From: Azolla caroliniana
Taxonomy: Eukaryota; Plantae; Polypodiophyta
Direction of reading: 5' to 3'
NCBI GenBank assembly: GCA_043228905.1
Contig: JBHGNT010000017.1
Location: 9,486,001-9,550,000 of the forward strand
Length of the DNA: 64,000 nucleotides
The notes under the pieces were generated by a model that saw only the letters and a list, made by a program, of their open reading frames with translations, did no database searches and was not told the DNA's origin. Position numbers and translations under genes: made by a program. Shown piece after piece: positions 49,708 to 58,857 of the stretch. The stretch's first letter is position 1, and each line of letters opens with the position of its first letter.

Positions 49708-51402
49708 CCTCAACGTTGAACCCCCTTGGGAGGGGGGTGGAGCCATTCTAGGCACCACCCCCCACCCCACAATGCTTCTCTATATGATCTCTCTCACCAT
49801 CATACTCTTCATCATCTTTGCTATTTCACCATGTCTATCTTTGTCATCGTTAACCATCATCATCCTTAACCCTAACCCTAACTCTTCGACGGTGTCTGTC
49901 TCTTTGTTCAACCAATGGTTGTTTGGCCATTCTGGCTGTTGTTTAGGGTTTCAAGCCGCTACCGTTCCTTCCGGCCGTTGGCTGTTGTACGGCCATCCAT
50001 TGTCCACTAGTATGTCCAACCGTTTTCGTCTCCCCTCTCTGTGTCCATTTGTTCGGTTACTCTTTCATTGTTGTCTGGCCGTCGGTTCGGCTATTTCCGT
50101 CGTCGGCTCGTTAGGTCGTCTCTGTCCGGCCGTTATGTGTCTTTGTGCATACCGGAAATTGATCCAGCCACTATTCGGCGGCTGCCGCCCTGCCGCTGCA
50201 ACTGTAAGACCGCCGCTCCATCCGATCACTGTCTGTATTCGACCCGGTGGCTGCTGGTCGGCCACCACCCTAGCCGTTGGTAGGTGGCCACCGCCGTCCG
50301 ATCGTCGTCCCGGCTCCATCACCGTTCCGACTGTTCGGCCCATTGCGGTCGTTGTTTGGCGGTTCTTTGTCCAGCCCATCTGGCCTCTTCTGTTCCGGTG
50401 ACGGTCAGCCACTACAACCACTCTTTGGTCGCTCTCCGGCCTCTCCTCTGTCGATGTCGCTGGTCCACCCATCGAGCTTTCTTAGTACGGCTCATTCCAG
50501 TCGGTTCCGGCAATCGGTTCGGCTGTTGTCCAACTGCTCCCATCTTTGTTCATTTCCTGCACACGCACATTGCTAGTTCTCGTACACTCGCACATCTGTA
50601 TCTTCATGTCTCATTTTGTGATTTACGCTTGCACATTGTGATCACCATTTGCCGCACATAGTCGATCCGATTTCTTGTACATTCCTTCACTGCGTCCCTT
50701 CATTGACTTCTTTGCGGACATCGTCATCGCATATCATGCTTCAACTTCGTCTTGCACTTTGCCACCATCATTTGTCGCTAACCACACACTCGCACATCGT
50801 CATCGTTTCTAACCGCTTAGTCACTATGTCTTGCATCGACGCGTATCATCCTTTGACTCCGTCTCCAAAGGGGGGTCGCCTTAGTGGTCGCCAAAAGGTG
50901 TTGTAGGTTTTAGGGTTAGGGTTAAGGACGATGATGATGATGAATGATAACTATGATGATTGGTAATGAAGATATACATGGTGATGGAGAGTATGATGGT
51001 GAGAGATCATATAGAAAAGCATTGCGGGGTGGGGGGTGGTGCCTAGAATGGCTCCACCCCCCTCCCAAGGGGGTTTAACGTTGAGGTGGAGAGAGAGAGA
51101 GAGAGAGATGAAAAGAGAGATAGAGAGAAATGTTCCTTTCATGTTTCATTCATTCCCCATAAGGGGTTAAATAGTACAAGAGGGGGTAGGTACATAGGGG
51201 TGTAAGCCCCATTGAGCATTCATACTGGACACTCACTCACACCTCCTCGTATCCATCCACATGCACACACGTGTGCATGTGTTCACATACGTATAGACTC
51301 ACAATTACATTTATGCCTCCTACACATACACAACAACATCATGATAACATTCGACCCTCGATCATCACACTTGACTCTCCATACATCTCGTACGGGGTAA
51401 CA
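49391..51402. mobile_element. Non-coding element with ~490-bp inverted LTR-like terminal repeats, TG..CA ends, 5-bp TSD and one Arg-type PBS
   Basis: 49391-~49881 is the reverse complement of ~50910-51402. TSD GATGT at 49386-49390 and 51403-51407. TGGCGACCACT on the minus strand at 50883-50893. Confidence 0.92.
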
Positions 51403-52661
51403 GATGTGAAGAACGCCTTCCTTCAAGGAGAGCTTGAAGAAGAAGTCTTTATGACTCAGCCCCCCAAATTTCAATCGGAGATGAACAAGTCGGGGGTATG
51501 CCGACTGAAGAAGTCGCTTTACGGCTTGAAGCAAGCCCCCCGAGCCTGGAATGCGAAGATCACGCACCGGTTGCGTAAGCTGGGGTTTGCTGTCTCTAAG
51601 TTGGATTCTTCGTTGTTCATCCGGTAAGGCTCTGACGGTCCGGTATGTATACTCTTGTATGTGGATGATTTAGTCATCACCGGACCGGGTCTTCCCGAAA
51701 TCAATCGCGTCAAGTCCCAGTTGTCGGACGCATTCGAAATGAAGGACCTGGGGGACCTTCATTATTTTCTTGGGATCGAAGTGATCCGGACCCCCGACGG
51801 CATATTGCTCTCACAACGACATTACGTGTTGAATATGCTGTATAAGTTCGGCATGACGGATTGCCGACTTGTCTCCACACCCCTGGACCGGAACCAGAAG
51901 CTCCGTCCCAACTCCGGACCGGCCTACAATGAGAAACGGTTCCGACAGGTTGTCGGAAGCCTGATCTACTTAACCATCACCTGACCCGACATCAGCTATC
52001 TGGTCGGCATGGTAAGTCAGTTCATGCAGAAGCCGACCGTGGAGCACCTTCAGTGCGCGCAACGAATATTACGGTATGTCAGCGGCACTAAGGACCGGGG
52101 ACTGCTATACCGGCGAGGTATACCCGAAGAGCTTGTCGGTTACATAGATGCTGACTGGGCGGGCGATGCGTCTGATCGCCGCTCCACTTCCGGATACATG
52201 TTCTCCATAGGTAGCGCGGCCGTTGCGTGGAGCAGCAAGAAGCAGCCCACAGTGGCTTTGTCAAGCACTGAGGCTGAGTACCGGGCCGCTACCGTTGCCA
52301 CTTGTGAAACCATCTGGCTTCGGCGACTGCGGCGAGACTTGCGGATCGAGGTACCGACCCCGATCCCGATTTACTGCGACAACATGAGCAGCCTACAGCT
52401 CGCTAGGAACCCTGTGTTCCATGCTCGCACAAAGCACATCGAGGTGCACTACCACTTCGTGCGTGAGCGGGTCCTGAGCGGTGAAGTTGACCTACGGTAT
52501 GTTCATACGGATCGGCAAGTTGCCGACTGTTACCGGCCGGCAAGGAGTCCAAAATACGGAGTGAAGGAATTAATTAGATATGGTTGTAAATGAGCATAGT
52601 GTGGACGGACGGATTGGAAACGGTATGCCGTTCCAGATCCGGACGGATCCCGAATAGGTGC

Positions 52662-52761
52662 NNNNNNNNNNNNNNNNNNNNNNNNNNNNNNNNNNNNNNN
52701 NNNNNNNNNNNNNNNNNNNNNNNNNNNNNNNNNNNNNNNNNNNNNNNNNNNNNNNNNNNNN
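52662..52761. other. Assembly gap (100 N)
   Basis: Run of N. Confidence 1.
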
Positions 52762-53984
52762 AAGATTACATCTCAATGGACATTTGTGCAAGAGGATTTC
52801 CTTGAGTTCCTTCAGCTTGAGCGAATGACACCGGGTCGTTATTTTGAGCCATTGAATGATTATTTCTGGCACAGAAATAGGATAAGGTCAGACAAATAGT
52901 CATAACATCATGTCGTGATGTAAATATATCATGAGCAAACATTAATCGATATCATGATCTCACGTCAATACCCCTCTAGACGTATGAGATGAGGTTGAAG
53001 ATCAAGTTACTATGGTAACACAAAGGTATTTTAAAAACCATGACAAATTAATGTCTTTCCTTGATCTCTATATTGATTTTTGCATGGTGGCTCCCCCAGG
53101 CTCAACCATGTATGTTCGTGTCATGAATAGTTTATACACAAAAAAATGTTAACAATAAACAATGTTTCGGTGCTCACATATGTGGTTTTGGCTCTTTAAG
53201 TCCTCTTACGAGGACCTCTTACGAGGACCCCAAAGTGCACTTAGACCTCAAGTCTAAACATGTGTTATAGTCATATGTATCAACAATGTTGTATGGTCTT
53301 GGTCATATTTGAATTCGAGACCTCAAGAACAAATGCATTAAACACTTGAGCCAACCAAGTAGTTTTCTCTTCTTGAATGTTTAATATTTAATGTGTATAA
53401 GTTATATGCGAGACATTTGCCCATATATGGTTTTTTAAAAGAAACATATATGTCAAGAGTCCTTATTTCCCCCTCGTTTACCACAAACTTTGTTGGTACG
53501 TTACCTAACCTCAAGTCTCGTAATTACGATGGCATACGCCACAATGCAACCTAATGGGCAAGCCAAATGAGCCCTCTTTTCGTAGTAGGCCCACGTGGCC
53601 CATCACATGGTCACGTCATTACGAATGCCTTTCGTAAGAATGATCTCATGGTAGCATCGTGTCCATGTAATGAGGGAGGGATGTTGGATATGTGTGTCAT
53701 AAGAGCGACCTCACATCAAGTGGGTCAAGCCCTACGTTCTCAACACCATTGTGGCTAAGATTGTTTCATTACGTATTGAAATCGAAGTCACCAACGGGGA
53801 TGTCAACAATAAAAATTTGTTGAAAAAGGGATGGTGACAACACCATTCTCACAAAAATGTGAGGACGGCCACCAAGATCCTTTCCCTGAAAAGGAAAACA
53901 TTCGATATTGAAATACCACTTACACATATGTATATTATCACATATAACATCAAATAGCCAACATATGATGAAATCGAGAAACGT

Positions 53985-54240
53985 AATCGAGGCATATACC
54001 CTCTACGCACACGAAACATCTAAAAATAAGGGTTAATCGTAATACGCAATTGAGGTATTGACCTCATACGCATACGACACCAAACACATATCATTTACAT
54101 ACAAATCAAGGTAATGACCTCATACGTAAACATAACATATGTTTGTGAACGTAATACGTAATTGAGGTATTAACCTCGTACGCATACAACACTAATCACA
54201 TATTAAATATATTTCAAATGAGGTATTGACCTCGTGCACA
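53985..54240. repeat. Array of five short palindromic repeats (GAGGT-ATTG-ACCTC core) in an unassigned AT-rich segment
   Basis: Copies near 53988, 54052, 54107, 54164 and 54220, spaced ~55-65 bp; alternate spacers resemble each other. Confidence 0.7.
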
Positions 54241-54492
54241 TATGTAAATGTTTTATATAACCAATTAATTACCACTACAACATCATTGAATTAATGAAAA
54301 AAACATTTCATATGACCATATACATGATTAGAAGGGAGAAGAAAAAATAGAAAAAAAAACAAGAAAGATTACCGAAGTTCCTTTGTTGAATCCAGCAATA
54401 CCCGTAAAGAGTACTGCTACTACTGCAGGCAGGAAGGCCACTACAGTAACCAGTGCCCGGTAAAGAGCTACGAGAAACGACCAGCAGTTAAT

Positions 54493-57400
54493 ATGGTGGT
54501 TCCGGAAGTGGCGGATTTACAGCAAGTAACCACACGGTCGAAAGGCATGGCCAAAGAATGGGAAACACAAGAGGCCATACGAAAACAGGCGACGGAATGG
54601 GTGAAGGAAGCCAATGAAAGGAACGTCGCGGACGCGGAACGGCAAAAGGCGAAGACCATAGGGAGTGCCGGCGGTAGCCACCCAGAAAACGAGACATGGC
54701 AAGCACTACAAGAATGTCAGATCACGTTACCATTAGGAAGACTCTTGCAGCTCGTGCCGCGATTCACAGAAGGACTAAAAACGGTCATGACAGACGGTAT
54801 AGCCCCACCGGCACCAGTCCTCTTCTCGAATCCGGAGGAGGGACCGACGGTGGTGGACACTAGTAGTCCGGCGATTACAACTATTGTCAAAGGGCACGAA
54901 CTTCCCGGCACCGTAATCAATGGAGGTTCCGGGGTGTACGTAATAAGCCTCCGTACGTGTGATGCCTTGGGAATACATGAATGGGAGCCATGCCCGTTCT
55001 GGCTACGGATGGCGGATACGAGCTCGGTACGGCCGACGGGCTTAATACGGAAATTGGAAGTCCCCATAGGAGGTCACACATTTCACATCTCGGCTGTAGT
55101 GCTGCAGCTACAGGCGCAAGGCGCGTACCCTCTGTTGCTGGGCAGACCATGGTTAAAAACAGCACACATCAAGCAAAATTGGCGAAAAAATATGATTACC
55201 TTCCGGCGCGGAAAAGCCAAGGTCCGGGTACCGACACAACCACGGACGAGCAACGGTAAGGAATGCACACCGCTGTATGCGGAATGTGTGAACATGCTTG
55301 AAGGATTGGCAGACGACGAAGAAGCCCAGTACTTGGAGGAACACCCGAAGATCGTACCACTCTTCGAGATTGACGTAGCTGAAGCCGTAGCCGCATACTT
55401 GCCGCAGCGGGACGACACCGAAGCCGAACCAGACAAAGATGCGATTCGGGAATTACGGCAAGCACAGGAAGCGTTGGAACGGGAAATGGCCGTTTCCCAA
55501 CGGGTAAAAGCATCCCAGCTCGACGAAGTGAACCTAGGAAGCAAGGACGAATCAAAGCCGGTACACATCGCCAAAGAAATGAAGCCGGAAGATAAAGCGG
55601 CGATGATCAAACTTCTCACGGAGTTTCGCGACGTATTCGCCTGGTCATACGAAGACATGCGAGGGCTGGACCCTCAATTATATCAGCATCAGATCCACTT
55701 AGGCAAGGACGCGAAACCAGTGGCGCAAAGACGATACCGAATGAACCCTAACTACGCCGCCAAAGTGAAGGAGGAAATCGACAAACTCCTAAGAGTGGGC
55801 TTCATCCGGCCGGTAAAGAAAGCGACGTGGCTGAGCCCCATCGTCGTCGTCCCAAAGAAGAACGGTAAAATCCGTGTGTGTGTAGATTACAGGAAACTAA
55901 ATGCCGCCACAATTACGGATGCATTCCCTCTTCCGTTCACGGATGGAGTACTGGATGCCGTCGCCGGCCATGACGTTTATAGCTTTTTAGACGGCTTCAG
56001 CGGATACAATCAAATCCGGATGCACCCCGACGACCAGGAGAAGACAGCGTTCGTCACCGAATGGGGGGTGTTTGTGGCCGAAGTCATGATGTTCGGCCTA
56101 AAAACGGCACCAGCAACTTTCCAGCGAATCATCATGGAGATCTTCGGCGAATACATTCCAGCCTTCATGCAGGTTTTCCTGGATGACTTTGCAGTCTATA
56201 GCCGGGGAAAAGACCATTTGCAGCACCTACGGTTATGCCTTGAAAAGTGTAGGTTATACCGGCTAAGCTTAAACCCAGCAAAATGCATCTTTGGGGTTTC
56301 AAGTGGAATATTGCTGGGACACATTGTAAGTAAGGAGGGCATTGCGGTCGACCCGGACAAAGTAAACGCCATACTAGGGGCACCGGCGCCGAAAACGGCC
56401 AAAGCACTAAGCCGATTCTTAGGACAGATCCGGTGGCACAGCCGGATGCTCCGTCACTTGGCTGACTTGGCTACACCATTACACACCGCGGTACATCGGA
56501 CACCGTTCCAATGGACGGATACGGAGGATAAGGCATACAATGCCCTGAAGGTACTTTTATCGCAAGCACCCGTCGTGCAGCCTCCGGATTGGAGCAAGGA
56601 ATTTCATGTGTTCGTGGACGCTTCCGACATCGCTATTGGCAGCGCCTTAATGCAACTTACGGAGCCTAAATGGTACCGGCCGGTATATTACGCCAGCCGG
56701 AAGCTGTCCCAAGCGGAGAAGAACTATTCAACGACGGAACGGGAGGCCCTGGGCATGATCTACAGTGTAACAAAGTTTCGTCACTACCTATTGGGAAGGA
56801 AGTTCTCCTTCCATGTGGATCACTCCGCGCTCCTCTACTTAGTTTCCAAGGCGTCCTTGACCGGTAAGTTGGCCCGTTGGACCTTGCTGTTGCAGGAGTT
56901 CGAATTCGAGATTTTCCACCGGCCCGGTATCCAGCATGCCGTAGCAGACTACCTGAGCCGGTTAGAGTCCGGAGAACAAGGCGACGGAGTAGCGGATGAA
57001 TTCCCGGACGCGGAGTTATTCCGTATCACCCCGGAAACGGCAGCGGACGGCACGGTGGCATCAGAAGATAAATGGCTGACAAACATGCACCAGTTCCTAA
57101 GCACGGGCTTGCCACCGGAGGAAATGAACCGGGACGAGAGGAAACGACTGGCGGTGCAGAGCCGCAATTTCTGTCTGTTACGGGACACTCTCTACCACAA
57201 AGGAGCAGATGGAATATGGAGACGGGCAGTCCGTAGTGACGAGAAAGAAGTAATCTTACGGGAAGCACACTGTGGGGTTGCCGGAGGACACTATGCCGGG
57301 GAAGCGACGGCGAGGAAAGTATGGCAGAGCGGCTTATGGTGGCCCACGACGTTTAAAGACGCCGTCAAGTATGCTAAGGAATGTGACCTATGCCAACGAA

Positions 57401-58488
57401 TGGGCCAGCCTACGGAGCAAGCACGGATGCCACACCAACCGGTACTTCCACTAGAGCCATTCCAGAAGTGGGGGTTGGATTTTGTCGGACCGTTCAAGCC
57501 ACCGGCAATGAGAACAGGTAATCGTTATGTCATCGTGGCAACGGATTATTGCACGAAATGGGTGGAAGCTAAGGCCCTGAGAGACAACACCGCGTCATCC
57601 ACAGCAAAATTCCTGTACGAAAACATTTGGTGCCGGTATGGTTGTCCGATTGAATTAATCAGCGACCAAGGAGGCCACTTCCTTGGCCAGGTAGTGGAAA
57701 GCTTAACAACGTTCTATGCCGTGGTCCATAAACGAAGCACACCGTACTACCCACAGGCGAACGGGTTAGCAGAGTCCACCAACAAAACGCTGCAGAACAT
57801 TCTCCGCAAAATTGTCAATGAAAACCGGACGGACTGGGACACAAAGCTCCATAGTGCGCTATGGGCGTACAGAACGGCATACAAAACAAGTATCCGGACA
57901 ACGCTGTTCCGGTTAGCATTCGGCTTAGAAGCGGTCATGCCGGTGGAATTTCAGGTACCAAGCTTACGGATCCAACTATGGGAACGGCTGAATGAAAAGA
58001 AGTCGGAGGAAATGCGGCTAGCAGCACTATGCGAACTGGAGGAGCAACGGCTGGCCAGCATCCTACACATGGAACTGGAGCAACGACGACGGAAAGCGTT
58101 CGTTGACCGTCACCGGAAAGGTAATGAGAAGATGTTCGAAATCGGAAAGCCGGTGCTAGTATTCCAAACGAGGATGGGCAAGATGCCGGGTAAACTCCGG
58201 TTCAGATGGACAGGCCCGTATTGGCTGACACGGGAATACAACGGGTCCTATCAGATAGGGACACTTGCCGGTGAAGTACTAGGCAAGTGGGAAAACGGAT
58301 TTCGACTAAAACCCTATAAAGGACCGATGCCAAAGAACCCGTTTATGCAGCTCACCGGCACTACACCGGGATCGGTACGTATCGGTCCGGAAGAAAAAGA
58401 CGACGGGGAACCAGTAGTAGAGGCGAAGGAAGACACGGCAACCCGTAAGGAAAACGGTAAGGGTCCGAGGGGACCTACGGATGTGTAA
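54493..58488 (+). CDS. Ty3/gypsy pol (PR-RT-RNase H-integrase), in frame with the upstream gag knuckle; no archaeal RNase H or chromodomain seen
   Basis: 1331-codon open frame with LLLGRPWL, SPIVVVPKKNGKIRVCVDYRKLN, FLDD, VDASD, NYSTTEREAL, HHCC, GLDFVGP/SDQG/AES and RWTGPY. The protease motif reads INGGSG (Asp to Asn). Confidence 0.92.
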   Translation: MVVPEVADLQQVTTRSKGMAKEWETQEAIRKQATEWVKEANERNVADAERQKAKTIGSAGGSHPENETWQALQECQITLPLGRLLQLVPRFTEGLKTVMTDGIAPPAPVLFSNPEEGPTVVDTSSPAITTIVKGHELPGTVINGGSGVYVISLRTCDALGIHEWEPCPFWLRMADTSSVRPTGLIRKLEVPIGGHTFHISAVVLQLQAQGAYPLLLGRPWLKTAHIKQNWRKNMITFRRGKAKVRVPTQPRTSNGKECTPLYAECVNMLEGLADDEEAQYLEEHPKIVPLFEIDVAEAVAAYLPQRDDTEAEPDKDAIRELRQAQEALEREMAVSQRVKASQLDEVNLGSKDESKPVHIAKEMKPEDKAAMIKLLTEFRDVFAWSYEDMRGLDPQLYQHQIHLGKDAKPVAQRRYRMNPNYAAKVKEEIDKLLRVGFIRPVKKATWLSPIVVVPKKNGKIRVCVDYRKLNAATITDAFPLPFTDGVLDAVAGHDVYSFLDGFSGYNQIRMHPDDQEKTAFVTEWGVFVAEVMMFGLKTAPATFQRIIMEIFGEYIPAFMQVFLDDFAVYSRGKDHLQHLRLCLEKCRLYRLSLNPAKCIFGVSSGILLGHIVSKEGIAVDPDKVNAILGAPAPKTAKALSRFLGQIRWHSRMLRHLADLATPLHTAVHRTPFQWTDTEDKAYNALKVLLSQAPVVQPPDWSKEFHVFVDASDIAIGSALMQLTEPKWYRPVYYASRKLSQAEKNYSTTEREALGMIYSVTKFRHYLLGRKFSFHVDHSALLYLVSKASLTGKLARWTLLLQEFEFEIFHRPGIQHAVADYLSRLESGEQGDGVADEFPDAELFRITPETAADGTVASEDKWLTNMHQFLSTGLPPEEMNRDERKRLAVQSRNFCLLRDTLYHKGADGIWRRAVRSDEKEVILREAHCGVAGGHYAGEATARKVWQSGLWWPTTFKDAVKYAKECDLCQRMGQPTEQARMPHQPVLPLEPFQKWGLDFVGPFKPPAMRTGNRYVIVATDYCTKWVEAKALRDNTASSTAKFLYENIWCRYGCPIELISDQGGHFLGQVVESLTTFYAVVHKRSTPYYPQANGLAESTNKTLQNILRKIVNENRTDWDTKLHSALWAYRTAYKTSIRTTLFRLAFGLEAVMPVEFQVPSLRIQLWERLNEKKSEEMRLAALCELEEQRLASILHMELEQRRRKAFVDRHRKGNEKMFEIGKPVLVFQTRMGKMPGKLRFRWTGPYWLTREYNGSYQIGTLAGEVLGKWENGFRLKPYKGPMPKNPFMQLTGTTPGSVRIGPEEKDDGEPVVEAKEDTATRKENGKGPRGPTDV

Positions 58489-58857
58489 GGTCACACACCG
58501 TCATTAAAAAAAAAAAAAAAAAAAAAAAAATCATTAAAAATCGAGGTATGAACAGGTGTGAAAGCAAGGCGCGAAAAGGTACATAGTGGGCATTTAAGAG
58601 CCGCCACGCTACTTAATACTAAATTGGTACACGACGTGTGCATGCTCGAAAAAGGCGCCAAAACGCACAAAGAAGAAACAGAACGCATGGAGACCTTTTC
58701 ATTTCGCGAGCCAAGAAGCACAGAAGCACCAAGACAGTGGAAGCTGAGCAAACGCGAACCTGCACGCAGAGAACCCCCACGTTCAGAACGCTCTCTCTCT
58801 CGTCCTCACTCTCATCACCACTCTACCTCACCATCTTTCCTCGACCTCGAAGCAGAC

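Noticed and set aside
49772-50906. ORFs inside the inverted-repeat element as a transposase
   Set aside because: Short, low-complexity, overlapping frames without DDE, RT or tyrosine-recombinase motifs.
49391-51402. DIRS-type element
   Set aside because: Inverted-repeat DIRS elements do not normally leave a 5-bp TSD with TG..CA ends, and no internal complementary region or coding remnant was seen.
53985-54240. CRISPR-like palindromic repeats with spacers
   Set aside because: Repeats are degenerate, alternate spacers are related to each other, there are no cas genes and the context is eukaryotic.
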